The translations under genes and the position numbers were made by a program. A DNA stretch of 64,000 nt, from contig CAVYNY010000013.1 in the NCBI GenBank assembly GCA_963769935.1, forward strand, positions 128,001 to 192,000. The letters run 5' to 3'. Source of the stretch: an uncultured delta proteobacterium (lineage in GTDB: Bacteria; Desulfobacterota; Desulfobacteria; Desulfobacterales; JAFDCJ01). Within the stretch, counting starts at the first letter, position 1; each line of letters starts with the position of its first letter. This document shows, piece after piece, positions 22,218-32,034 of the stretch. The notes beneath the pieces are model-generated. The model saw only the letters and a program-made list of their open reading frames with translations, searched no databases and had not been told where the DNA came from.

Positions 22218-22937
22218 ATGAGCAAGTCTTTTTTAATTGATACAACCCTGTGCACGGCCTGCCGAGGGTGCCAGGTTGCCTGCAAGCAATGGCATAATCT
22301 GCCGGCTGAAAATACCGTCAACCGGGGTACGTACCAAAACCCGGCCGATCTCTCCTTCGACACCTACAAACTGGTGCGCATGCGTGAAGAGGTCATCGAC
22401 GGTGAACTGAGATGGCTGTTTTTTCAGGATCAGTGCCGGCATTGCATTGACCCGCCCTGCCAGGACACGGCCGGCGACCCGACGGCCATCTTCACCGAAG
22501 AGGTGATCGGGGCCGTGATTTACACGGACAACACCCGTCATCTGGATCCAATCGAAATCCGCGAGTCCTGTCCCTATGACATTCCTCGTCAGGCTGAAGA
22601 CGGCACGCTGGCCAAGTGCGATATGTGCAGCGACCGGGTGCAAAACGGACTGGAACCGGCCTGCGTCAAGGTGTGCCCGACGGGTGCCATGAACTTCGGC
22701 GAAAGAGAGGAAATTGTGGCGCTGGCAAATGAGCGTCTGGCCGCTGCCAAAAAGAAGTATCCCAACGCCCGGTTGCTGGACCCGCAAGATGTCAGAACCA
22801 TTTTCCTGGTCGGGTTTGATCCCATGCATTACCATGACGCAGCGGTAGCGTCTGTCCGCCTTAAAGGCATGACCCGGCAAGCAGCCTTAAGAAAAATGCT
22901 TCGCCCGTTTAGCCGGGCGGCTGCGGGCCTTGGCTGA
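22218..22937 (+). CDS. fdhB: Formate dehydrogenase beta (Fe-S) subunit
   Basis: CTACRGCQVAC, CRHCIDPPC, CDMC..PACVKVCP; RBS AGGAGG. Confidence 0.93.
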   Translation: MSKSFLIDTTLCTACRGCQVACKQWHNLPAENTVNRGTYQNPADLSFDTYKLVRMREEVIDGELRWLFFQDQCRHCIDPPCQDTAGDPTAIFTEEVIGAVIYTDNTRHLDPIEIRESCPYDIPRQAEDGTLAKCDMCSDRVQNGLEPACVKVCPTGAMNFGEREEIVALANERLAAAKKKYPNARLLDPQDVRTIFLVGFDPMHYHDAAVASVRLKGMTRQAALRKMLRPFSRAAAGLG

Positions 22938-22980
22938 AACAGGCCGAGTGGTATATTTAAGCGCTACACAGCGTCAATGT

Positions 22981-23013
22981 AAGGGGAGGAGGAGATTCCT
23001 TTCTCCCCTTTTT
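22981..23013 (+). terminator. Rho-independent terminator after fdhAB
   Basis: AAGGGGAG...CTCCCCTT followed by T run. Confidence 0.7.
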
Positions 23014-23244
23014 AATATCTTATGGATATGGTAATAATTTAATTACTCCACCCTGAAAAATAAGAATACCTGGTGTGTATAAACGTATGGGTCAGATTGA
23101 AACTGATAAGATTGTATTGATATTTTCCGGGCGGATTAATTAAATTATATTTTGAAGTTGTGAGGTTGGATTTTGCTTGAATTCCGATATTGCGAGGTAG
23201 CCATAATTTAAACCCGCTGATTCAAAAATGTAAAAGGAAAGCAA

Positions 23245-24171
23245 ATGAAAGTAAATTTCGCCCTAACCTCCGATCAGGTCAAAAGGGCCGTTGAAGCAGT
23301 AAAAAAAAGCAAACCGGTTTATGAGGAAATCCTGAATTTTTACGGCCGCATGTTTGCCGCCCAGATAGCAAGTATGAGCCGTCTCCATATAGAACCGCTT
23401 CAAATTCCGGCTAAAATTCGATCCGTCAAGACGGGCGAAAAATTCCCCCTCATCAAAATAAAGCAATTTGCTTATGACAAAATTGAGTCCGGTAAACTGT
23501 TTATCTCAATCTGCCGGCTGGCCCACGAAGCCATCCCCAAATTGGCCCGCGCGGCTCGGCGCATCCTGGATGCGGTGGAGGAAACGGTAGCGCCGGATGC
23601 ACTTTTTGGGGCGCTGCTTGCCGGCGACGAAGCCTTATTTGAAAATATAAGCGCCGAGCTTGAAATCGAAAAACAGGTCCTGGGCTTTATCACCTACAAC
23701 AGCTTAAAGCCTTCACTTTGCACCTGCGCTGACCAGCTTGCGGGCTATTTGAATCAGAGCGAGCCCTGGCTGCTGGGGAACTGCCCGGTATGCGGCAGTG
23801 CGCCGATACTTTCCATCCTTGAAGATGAGGGTGCGCGAAGTTTAATCTGCAGTTTCTGCTGGTACAAATGGCCGGTGAAACGGCTCTACTGTCCTTTTTG
23901 TGAAAATTCAGACAGCAAATTGCTGCACTATTTATTCAGTGAAGAGGAAAAAGACGTTCGGGTGGACCTTTGCGATAATTGCAAAAAATACATTAAAACC
24001 GTCGATTCACGCCGGGCAAACCGTTTGATTTATCCGCCCCTTGAACAGATCTCAACACTGCACCTCGACATCAAAGCCCGCGCAGAAGGGTTTGAGGCCG
24101 GGGTGAAACTGTTTATGGAGATGCAGAATCCAAGGTCCCGGGGTTCAGAGGTTCCGGGTTCCGGGGTTTAG
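23245..24171 (+). CDS. fdhE: Formate dehydrogenase accessory protein FdhE
   Basis: CPVCG, CSFC, CPFC, CDNCKKYIK..LHLD; adjacent to fdhAB. Confidence 0.9.
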   Translation: MKVNFALTSDQVKRAVEAVKKSKPVYEEILNFYGRMFAAQIASMSRLHIEPLQIPAKIRSVKTGEKFPLIKIKQFAYDKIESGKLFISICRLAHEAIPKLARAARRILDAVEETVAPDALFGALLAGDEALFENISAELEIEKQVLGFITYNSLKPSLCTCADQLAGYLNQSEPWLLGNCPVCGSAPILSILEDEGARSLICSFCWYKWPVKRLYCPFCENSDSKLLHYLFSEEEKDVRVDLCDNCKKYIKTVDSRRANRLIYPPLEQISTLHLDIKARAEGFEAGVKLFMEMQNPRSRGSEVPGSGV

Positions 24172-24286
24172 GACATAGGGTCAAGGAACAGGTGCACGGC
24201 TCAAGGCGAGGGGAAAAGTAACTTATGAACATCGAACGTCCAACATCGAACGTCGAATGCGGGTACTACCATTGAAGCTGACAGAC

Positions 24287-26152
24287 ATGGAAAAACGCTG
24301 GTTCTGCTTTTTGGTGTTTGCTTTATTTGCCGCAGTAATTTTAATTCCGCCTTGCATAGCGTCAACCGCGCTTGACGAGGCGGTTAAGGTCAGAACGGCA
24401 TGGTCGGCGGACCGGGCACGTCCCGGTGATTCGATCGTCCTGGCAGTGGTGGCGGACATTAAAAAAGGCTACCACATCAATGCCGATGCGCGCCAGGTCA
24501 AATCATCTGAAGATTTCAAACCGTATCCCACGCAAGTGAGCGTTGTTGAAGCCGCTGAGGGGATGACCATCGAGTCCCCCCGCTATCCCAGGGCTGTTGC
24601 CTTGAAGGTGCAGTATGCGGCCGAACCATCCCTGTCTTTTGAAGGGCGGACCGTCATCTACCTGCCCATCAGGCTGGAAGAGACCCTGGCACCGGGCCAA
24701 GCGGGGATGAAACTTCAGTTTGAATATCAGGCCTGCGCCGACAATTACTGCCTGTTCCCCCAAAAGATTAAGATTGAAGAAACCCTTACGGTCGCAAAAG
24801 GCGGAGTCGTTTCAAAAATCAATCCGGAATTGTTTGCCGGCTTTTACGCGGCGCCCGCAGCCGCAGCGCCCCGCAGCGTCGATTTTGACCTGTTCGGCTG
24901 GGGTTTTTCGATCGATGCTTCGTCCGGCCTGGGATTGGTTCTGCTGCTGATCACCGCCGCCTTCGGCGGGCTGCTGCTGAACTTTACGCCCTGCGTGCTG
25001 CCGCTGATTCCGATTAAAATCATCAGTCTGTCGAATGCCGCCCAGAATCGGCGGCGCTGCCTCATGCTCGGGCTGACCATGTTTCTGGGGGTTCTGGCAT
25101 TCTGGCTGGCCCTGGGTGTCATGATCGCTCTGGTCAGCGGTTTCAGCGCGACCAATCAACTGTTCCAGTATCCGGCCTTTACCATCACAATCGGCGTCAT
25201 CATCGCAACGATGGCGACGGGCATGTTCGGTTTCTTTTCCATGCGGCTGCCTAATTTTATTTATATGATCAACCCCGAGCAGGATACCCTGCACGGCTCT
25301 TTCGGACTTGGCATTCTGGCGGCAATCCTTTCCACACCCTGCACGGCGCCGTTTATGGGGGCCGCGGCGGCCTGGGCCGCGACTCAGACCCCGGCCACAA
25401 CCCTTTTAACTTTTGGCGCCATCGGCACGGGAATGGCCCTTCCCTACCTGGTGCTTTCGGCCTCACCGGGGTTGGTCAAAAAGATGCCGAAAACCGGCCC
25501 GGCCAGCGTATTGATAAAGCAGGTGATGGGGCTGTTTATGCTTGCGGCCGCGGCCTATTTTATCGGCGTGGGGGTTGCAGCCCTGTTTAACAGTCCACCG
25601 AATCCGCCCAGCAGATTGTACTGGTGGCCGGTAATGCTGCTGGTCATCGCTGCGGGCGGGTGGCTGGCGTATCGAACACTTCAGATTGCATCCGGTAAAA
25701 AAATAAAGGTATTCTTCGCCGGTGTCGGCGTCATCCTGATCGCCTTGTCCGCCTGGGGATCGGTTCGGCTGACCGACAAGGGGCCGATCGACTGGGTTTA
25801 CTATACCGAAAAACGGTTTCAGGATGCGACCGCTGCCCGCAAAGTGATCGTCATGGTCTTCAGCGCGGAGTGGTGTTTGAACTGCAAAGCCCTGGAAAAG
25901 GGCGTTTTGGACGATTCCCGAATCATTGAACTGTTGGCACGCCGGGAACTCGTGCCGATGAAAGTGGACATCACCGGCAACAATCCCGCCGGCAAGGCCA
26001 AGCTGAGAGAAGTCGGCAATCTGACCATTCCGCTGCTGGTGATCTTCTCCCCGCGCGGCGAGCAGGTGTTTAAAAGTGATTTCTATACGGTCGAGCAGGT
26101 CTTGGATGCCGTGGCCGAAGCCTTGAGTGGCAAAGCGAACCCGGAAAGTTAA
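24287..26152 (+). CDS. dsbD: DsbD-like thiol:disulfide interchange protein
   Basis: N-terminal QACADNYC, TM LNFTPCVLP and STPCTAPF, C-terminal thioredoxin WCLNC. Confidence 0.88.
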   Translation: MEKRWFCFLVFALFAAVILIPPCIASTALDEAVKVRTAWSADRARPGDSIVLAVVADIKKGYHINADARQVKSSEDFKPYPTQVSVVEAAEGMTIESPRYPRAVALKVQYAAEPSLSFEGRTVIYLPIRLEETLAPGQAGMKLQFEYQACADNYCLFPQKIKIEETLTVAKGGVVSKINPELFAGFYAAPAAAAPRSVDFDLFGWGFSIDASSGLGLVLLLITAAFGGLLLNFTPCVLPLIPIKIISLSNAAQNRRRCLMLGLTMFLGVLAFWLALGVMIALVSGFSATNQLFQYPAFTITIGVIIATMATGMFGFFSMRLPNFIYMINPEQDTLHGSFGLGILAAILSTPCTAPFMGAAAAWAATQTPATTLLTFGAIGTGMALPYLVLSASPGLVKKMPKTGPASVLIKQVMGLFMLAAAAYFIGVGVAALFNSPPNPPSRLYWWPVMLLVIAAGGWLAYRTLQIASGKKIKVFFAGVGVILIALSAWGSVRLTDKGPIDWVYYTEKRFQDATAARKVIVMVFSAEWCLNCKALEKGVLDDSRIIELLARRELVPMKVDITGNNPAGKAKLREVGNLTIPLLVIFSPRGEQVFKSDFYTVEQVLDAVAEALSGKANPES

Positions 26153-26219
26153 GCTCTGGTGACTTCCACCGTTCATATTCTTAGCTGATTTATTACATAT
26201 ATTAGCGGACTTGATGTTC

Positions 26220-26511
26220 CTTTGAGTCGCGTTAAGATCGTACAACAAGTTCGCCCGGTCAGGAAATTCATCATCCCGGTCATATAAAATGAGCTGTAGT
26301 GGAATCTGCGGAAGCAAATCAAAAATCAGGCTCACCGCACCCAAACCAGCTTCTCCAGCCTGGCGTCCGCCGTAAGATGCCGCCGCCAAAAATAATTCCG
26401 GGATGCGCCCTTGAAAGCCTTGTTGCCCCAACCCGGTTCCAGTATTGCTCGGAAACCTTGCGGGAGTGTGTCGAGGTGTTCGGCCAATCTTTGATAAACG
26501 TCGCCGGTCAT
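26220..26511 (-). pseudogene. Remnant: Fe-S protein N-terminus joined out of frame to a DUF3786-like fragment
   Basis: RBS GGAGG + MTGDVYQRLAEHLDTLPQGF, then in another frame LLPQIPLQLILYDRDDEFPDRANLLYD, similar to the C-terminus of 35795..36619. Confidence 0.6.
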
Positions 26512-26530
26512 GATGCGTTTTTCCTCCAAA

Positions 26531-28774
26531 CTACGCCGCTTCAACCCGGCAGGGAACATAGCGATGCATAGGGGTTCCGACAAAGTCTCGGTTTGTGTTT
26601 TTTGTTAATCTGTTGACGTTAGCGCCGTATTTAACGCCATCGTAGACCAGACCAAATCCTTGCGGAATGATGACCTGGCCCTTTCTGGCATCTGTCGTCA
26701 CTTCGACCTCGATGGATTCTTCGCCCGCCTCGGTGATAACCTTCACCATTTGTCCGTCGGAGAACCCATATTTCTCTGAGTCCGCTGGATTCATTGCCAG
26801 GGTGCAGGGCCGCCTGCCTTCGTTCCACGCAGGGTTCCGCATAGCTGTATTGGAATTCATGTCCATGTGACGTCCTGCCATTAGGATCAATGGAAATTCA
26901 TTATCAGTTTTCAGTCGTTTCTCTTCCTCATCGGGACTGATTTCCTTTATCCAGTCTTCCGCCTCTGCGGTATGAAGCCGTATCCTGCCGTCCTTTGTGG
27001 CCAATCTACCAAGGTTTTTCACGATATCCTGTACTCCGACCAGCGCGCCTTCCGGATGGTCGATGATGGCCTGGCAGAGGGCCAGCCCCTGGTCCGGTCC
27101 GGCGTCGAATCCCACCCCTGCCGCCGCCGCCTGCTTTGCCGGGGACCTCTGTAAAAGTCCGGTGAAATAGCTGGCCAGGTGGGCGGAACCGATGGTATTA
27201 CCCAGCGTCTTGGCTGCTATGAAGGGTACCCACATCATGTTTTCAGGATGCTCCCTTACATAACCTGTCAGCGCATCACGATATGTCCTCAGGCTGCCGC
27301 TTTCGGCAGCCTGGTAAAGTGAGTCGGGTAGTGCGGGGATCAGCCCCATGGCGTCGGCCAGGAGAGTGAATATCTCACCCGCTTCTTTCTGCTCTCCTTC
27401 TACCTCAACAACAGGCCGGCGCATCCGGCTGTATACGTCCAGGAAACCTTCGTTGGTTTTGGAAGGGATAATAGCGTCGGCCGTTGACCATGATTCGTAA
27501 ATTGACCTGCAGGGCAAAACGTAGTGTGCAAGTGCGGCGGTCTCACTCATTGCAATCTCGGTTACCACCAGCAGATCAAGCCGCCCGAATGCCTCTTCAT
27601 ACGCGGTCGTATCGGCGTAAGACCGCAATGGATTGGATCCCAGGACGAAGGCGGCCCTCAGCCGGTCGGGACGGTCGTTTGCGATCTCTTCCGGCATCAC
27701 ATTGGGGGGGAACATCCCCCCGATAGCCGGGATGTCGGTCACCGCTGTCCTCCACGTCTTGGGGTCATTCGGATCTGAGTACATCTTTCCGCCCACAAGG
27801 TAGTTTCCTCCCGGCACACCGATGCGTCCGCAGATCGCCAGCAGCACAACGAGCAGATAGGATACAAGGGCGCTGTGCCGGTTCATCAGGATGCCAAGAT
27901 CGTCACGCAGGCAGGACTGGCGTCTGGTGAATTCCTGGCAGACCCGGAACACCTGGTCGTACTCCAGTTCGCAGACCTTTAGCGCCGCGTTCACGTCAAA
28001 TCCGGCGAACCAGGGCAGTATCTCCTTGAACCCGTTAACGTGCTTGTCGATGTATTCCTGGTTATGCATTCCTTCTTTGAGGATGATGGCAATCATCGAT
28101 TTTAACAGCAAGGCATCCGTACCCGGCCGAAGGGCCAGGTGAATATTCGCTGTTTTCGCAGTTTTCGAACGCCGCGGGTCGATCGCTACAAGCATCTTGT
28201 CCGGGTCTTTGGAAATCCTGGACAATACTCTCCTGGCCTGGGGTATATGGTGGCTCATCATCCCATTCCAACCGACGGCCATCAGCATCTCTGTATTCTT
28301 GTAATCAGGTGCCAGCTCGAGCAGCTGGCTTCCGAATGTTAGCCCGTGCGCCCAATACCGGCCGGAAAACTCCTGATTGGCGGATGAGTACTGGTATCGC
28401 GACCCAAGAGCCCGAACGAAGCCGACCAAGAACCGGGCCGGGTAGAAGTTGAATTCGCCCCCGCCGGCGACCGAGGCTAGGGACCGCGGCCCATGTTCTT
28501 GAAGTATCTTCTTGAGTATTTCTGCGATCTCGCCGATTGCCTGATCCCAGCTTATGCGTTCAAACTTGCCGCCCGCCTTCTTCATCGGGTAAAGCAACCG
28601 GTCCGCATTGTGCTGGTGATAAACGATATTCAAGCCCTTTCGGCAGACGTATCCTTCGCTGATAGGGCTGTCCTTGTCAGGGCGGACTTTAACAATCCGG
28701 TTGTTTTCAACTTTGACTTCAAGGCCGCAGCAGACAGCGCACATTGAGCAGGTAGTCTTCTTCCATTCTTCCAT
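26531..28774 (-). CDS. Cytoplasmic molybdopterin (bis-MGD) oxidoreductase, substrate unknown
   Basis: CSMCAVCC..CRKG 4Fe-4S motif, RPGTD, SETAALAHYVLP, C-terminal dinucleotide-binding domain; no Tat signal. Confidence 0.9.
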   Translation of the reverse strand: MEEWKKTTCSMCAVCCGLEVKVENNRIVKVRPDKDSPISEGYVCRKGLNIVYHQHNADRLLYPMKKAGGKFERISWDQAIGEIAEILKKILQEHGPRSLASVAGGGEFNFYPARFLVGFVRALGSRYQYSSANQEFSGRYWAHGLTFGSQLLELAPDYKNTEMLMAVGWNGMMSHHIPQARRVLSRISKDPDKMLVAIDPRRSKTAKTANIHLALRPGTDALLLKSMIAIILKEGMHNQEYIDKHVNGFKEILPWFAGFDVNAALKVCELEYDQVFRVCQEFTRRQSCLRDDLGILMNRHSALVSYLLVVLLAICGRIGVPGGNYLVGGKMYSDPNDPKTWRTAVTDIPAIGGMFPPNVMPEEIANDRPDRLRAAFVLGSNPLRSYADTTAYEEAFGRLDLLVVTEIAMSETAALAHYVLPCRSIYESWSTADAIIPSKTNEGFLDVYSRMRRPVVEVEGEQKEAGEIFTLLADAMGLIPALPDSLYQAAESGSLRTYRDALTGYVREHPENMMWVPFIAAKTLGNTIGSAHLASYFTGLLQRSPAKQAAAAGVGFDAGPDQGLALCQAIIDHPEGALVGVQDIVKNLGRLATKDGRIRLHTAEAEDWIKEISPDEEEKRLKTDNEFPLILMAGRHMDMNSNTAMRNPAWNEGRRPCTLAMNPADSEKYGFSDGQMVKVITEAGEESIEVEVTTDARKGQVIIPQGFGLVYDGVKYGANVNRLTKNTNRDFVGTPMHRYVPCRVEAA

Positions 28775-28894
28775 GATACGCTCCTTTCCTAAAATTCTCC
28801 TTACAACATTCTAATGAGAAGCCCTTTCAAAAAGACTATTTTTCAGAGTGCAAATTCGGTAAAAGGTTCTTCATTTCATCATATCCAGTTTGCT

Positions 28895-29455
28895 TTACTT
28901 CGGGGGTGTCCATATCATCCCGGGAACAATTCTTACTTCTTTATTGGGATTGCGTTTTGCCCGCTCTTCCGCTTTGGATCCGGCCGTGACGTAGACCCGT
29001 TCCGTCCGGTCTTTGAAGGGCTTCAATATCCTTTTAACATGATCCTTTTTGTTCTTGAGGTAATCTTGCTTGACGTCTTCGCCGGCAGGACACACGGCCA
29101 TACAGTAGCTGCATCGGTAGCTCATCCGAAACATCAGCGATTGCCACATGAGGGCCGTTTCCCGGTCATCGAAGTGGGTGCGGTATTCAGCCATGTCCTG
29201 AGAGGTGACCATGGCTTCTACCCAATTCTGAAACCCGATATAATTGTCTCTGTAGGTGTGGGTGATGCAAGCCATAGAGTCGAAAGGTTGGCCTTTGGTA
29301 ATGGCCCCGGTGGGGCAGACGGCCGCGCAGAGGTTGCAATCGATGCATGGGTTTTCCGCAAGCGGGCGGTCATATTCACTGAGCACCCCGTTGATCAGGA
29401 TGCTTTCCAGCTGAATGCAGCTGCCGAACTTCGGGTGCAGAACAAGCCGGTTCGG
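28895..29455 (-). pseudogene. C-terminal half of a QueG/reductive-dehalogenase-like 4Fe-4S protein, 5' half missing
   Basis: NRLVLHPKFG, CIDCNLCAAVCPTGAI, CSYCMAVCPAG; no convincing start. Confidence 0.7.
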
Positions 29456-29606
29456 CCACACCGGTTCCCAGAAATATGTTCATTCCGGGTCGAATTTTAT
29501 CCAGCACCTTATCCGGTTTAAGTATTCTATCCTTCCAGGACGGGTTTTCAACCAGACTCATGCCGGACCTTGATGATTTATTGGTCCGCCTAAATTCTAC
29601 AATCAT
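29449..29606 (-). pseudogene. 5' fragment of an acetyl-CoA hydrolase/transferase-like gene
   Basis: RBS GGGAG + ATG; WKDRILKPDKVLDKIRPGMNIFLGTGVAEP, then similarity is lost. Confidence 0.6.
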
Positions 29607-29755
29607 TGTTTTAGTCTCCCGCAGATTGCAGTGTTTACATTACTGTAGCTGACCGGAAAATTCTGTTTTTTACTTCAATCCTGCGAGTCACAGCCTGTAC
29701 AAATGTTGATTTGGCTTTTATGGCTTCTTCTTTTCTAATAAAGCGCTTAAAAACT

Positions 29756-29769
29756 ATACCAATCGGTAT
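29756..29769. promoter_or_regulatory. Putative TetR operator copy 2
   Basis: ATACCAATCGGTAT palindrome, 12/14 identical to the copy at 30412. Confidence 0.7.
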
Positions 29770-29787
29770 TTTAACGGACAAAAAAAT

Positions 29788-30381
29788 TTACAATCGAAGC
29801 TCGGCATTTACCAGGTATATGATTTGATCGATGTTGCGGCTTAAATGAATGGTGTTGCCGGTCGCCTTTGACAGCATAAGTCCACCTTCTATCAGTGAAA
29901 CAAAAACAGATGCGAATTGTTCGGGTTTGGTATTGGCATTTATCTGTTTATGTTTAATACCGTTGTAAACAATCCGTGTGACGGTGCTTATCCAAGTTCC
30001 AATGGCTTCTGCTGCCCTCTCTTTTAAAGGTGGATGTATATGGTCGGAATCAACGACAGCATTTAGTAAGGGACATCCTCCTTTGCGGGTTATTTCCATA
30101 AAGTGGTCCAAATAAAAATTGGCAAATGCAATGAGTTTGTCACAGGCGTTTTCTTCGGAACGGACAACATTTTCAACTTTCTTCGAAATTTCATTAAAAT
30201 TATAGTCGAAAGCCGCAAGGGCAATCTCGTCTTTATCGATGAAATTACCGTAAATCGCGCCTTTGGTCATATTGATGGCCTTGGTCAACTGTGACATCGT
30301 CGTGCCCTTATAACCATGCATGTTGAAGATAGGTGCCGACTTTTTAATAATGAAATTTCTGGTTTCTTCTGCCTTGCTCAT
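29788..30381 (-). CDS. TetR/AcrR-family regulator
   Basis: GYKGTTMSQL..MTKGAIYGNF..K, GGCPLLN. Confidence 0.92.
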   Translation of the reverse strand: MSKAEETRNFIIKKSAPIFNMHGYKGTTMSQLTKAINMTKGAIYGNFIDKDEIALAAFDYNFNEISKKVENVVRSEENACDKLIAFANFYLDHFMEITRKGGCPLLNAVVDSDHIHPPLKERAAEAIGTWISTVTRIVYNGIKHKQINANTKPEQFASVFVSLIEGGLMLSKATGNTIHLSRNIDQIIYLVNAELRL

Positions 30382-30406
30382 TTTTGCATCCTTTCAGATC
30401 GAGCAC

Positions 30407-30435
30407 AAAATATACCATTTGGTATTTATTGTCAA
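30407..30435 (-). promoter_or_regulatory. Sigma70 promoter of tetR overlapped by operator ATACCATTTGGTAT
   Basis: Minus strand TTGACA-N17-TATTTT; palindrome 30412-30425. Confidence 0.7.
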
Positions 30436-30577
30436 GCATTTTATCTCATAAAACATCCGATCACAGATTTGCATACGCAAGCCTTCAATTTTTTGCGGGT
30501 GCCCAAATTGTGTAAATCGTGCCTCAATCAAACCCGGCCATTGGTTTGATTTTATAATATATTTGTTCAGCTAATCC

Positions 30578-31402
30578 TTACTTCCAGTGAATCACGGGTG
30601 CCTTTCTCTCCGGCAATCGATGATACTTAAACTTGGGATACCCTATCATCATCGGGTAGAACCAGGTGTGTCCCTCGGGCAGGCCCATGGATTCCACCAA
30701 CTCGGGGGTGGCCAGCATGGCCCCCCGAAGCAGCCCGGCCCAGCAGGTGCCCACGCCCAGGGGCAGGGCGGCCAGCTCCAGATAAACCAAGGCGATGCTC
30801 AAGTCCACCAAGCCGTTGGCGTTCTCTTTGGGAGCAGAGGCAACAATTAAGGTCTGGGCTGTGCGCAGGATGCCGTCGTAGCCGGTGGCCCAGCGGGTCA
30901 CTACTGGACCGAAGTAGTCGGCCGCCGGCGAGCCGGGCTGGGCTTTGATAACCCTTTCCATCCAGTTGATGGTTTCCTGGGACAACGACTCCAATTTGTC
31001 CCGCCCTTCGATCACCGTCCAATGAAGGTTTTGGGCGTTGCTGGCCGTTGGGGCGTAGCGGGCAGTCTCGATCAACTTTTCCAGAGTTTCCCGGTCCATG
31101 GCCTTGTCTTTGAACAACCGGATGGATCGCCGGGAGCGGAGAAACTGCTCGGTCTGATCCCGGGATAGGACCAGCTTTTTTTCTATCTCCGGGCAGTCTT
31201 CAATGTGCACTCCGGTCACGCTCAAGGCACCGTGGGGGCAGACGGCCACGCAGTGTCCGCAGGCCATGCAATAGGTTTCATCAACCTCGGCAACTTGAGG
31301 GAAACTCGCGTCATCTTGCTGGGTTATAATCTGTCTGGGGCACTCGGCCGCACAGATTCCGTCCTGTTTGCACTTGTTTTCATCAATCGTCAGAAAGGCC
31401 AT
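30578..31402 (-). CDS. Nitroreductase with N-terminal ferredoxin domain
   Basis: CKQDGICAAECP, CMACGHCVAVCP, RRSIRLF, APTASNAQ, GTCWAG. Confidence 0.92.
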   Translation of the reverse strand: MAFLTIDENKCKQDGICAAECPRQIITQQDDASFPQVAEVDETYCMACGHCVAVCPHGALSVTGVHIEDCPEIEKKLVLSRDQTEQFLRSRRSIRLFKDKAMDRETLEKLIETARYAPTASNAQNLHWTVIEGRDKLESLSQETINWMERVIKAQPGSPAADYFGPVVTRWATGYDGILRTAQTLIVASAPKENANGLVDLSIALVYLELAALPLGVGTCWAGLLRGAMLATPELVESMGLPEGHTWFYPMMIGYPKFKYHRLPERKAPVIHWK

Positions 31403-31446
31403 TTTTGTCTCCATGTGTAGTTGTTAAACCCATCGCTGGGGTGTTC

Positions 31447-31683
31447 TTACAAGATAGGATCAACTTTTTTAATTCCAGCTTGTTTTCCTTGTTTTCTGGC
31501 CTTAGCAATGAGGCTATCGAATTCATCGAGAGATGGGGGCGATATGCTTTTTAAAATGACAATGTCATTTTCACCCATAACCACAAATTGGGTGCCGGCC
31601 TTTAACTTCAGTTTTTTCCTTATATTTTCAGGGATTACAACTTGCCCTTTTGAGGACATTTTTGTTGTTGCTATATTTGCCAT
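31447..31683 (-). CDS. AbrB/MazE/SpoVT-family antitoxin-like protein, probably C-terminally truncated, no toxin
   Basis: TKMSSKGQVVIPENIRKKL. Confidence 0.8.
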   Translation of the reverse strand: MANIATTKMSSKGQVVIPENIRKKLKLKAGTQFVVMGENDIVILKSISPPSLDEFDSLIAKARKQGKQAGIKKVDPIL

Positions 31684-32034
31684 GCTTATCCTCCAGATAG
31701 AGAATCAATCTTACTGGTAAGACTATATGGCGCACCTGTTTAAAAAGCAAGCCGTATTTTATTTTCTCAAGCGAACGTTGAGATTAAAAGTGGCGGAGGG
31801 GGCGAAGGAGCCGTTCGTGCAGAGCTTGCAAAAAAAAACTTCCGAAAAATATAAAATATAGATGATGTAAATTATATAATACCATCCAAAGCCGCAGGAT
31901 ATCGGTCGACCGCAAAACCTTTGATATGTCCGACAACTGTGCGGGCTTCAACGTTTTTAATGACCGGTGCTGTCAGGTGTCGGTTGATTAATTTGTTAGC
32001 TTCGTATTGTTTTCACCGGTGTGTCCGGCCTGCA

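Noticed and set aside
25463..26431. 322-aa minus-strand ORF as a real gene
   Set aside because: Mostly antisense to dsbD; only its first ~70 aa belong to the DUF3786-like remnant
28895..29461. Functional reductive dehalogenase
   Set aside because: Only the C-terminal Fe-S half is present; no Tat signal or membrane anchor gene
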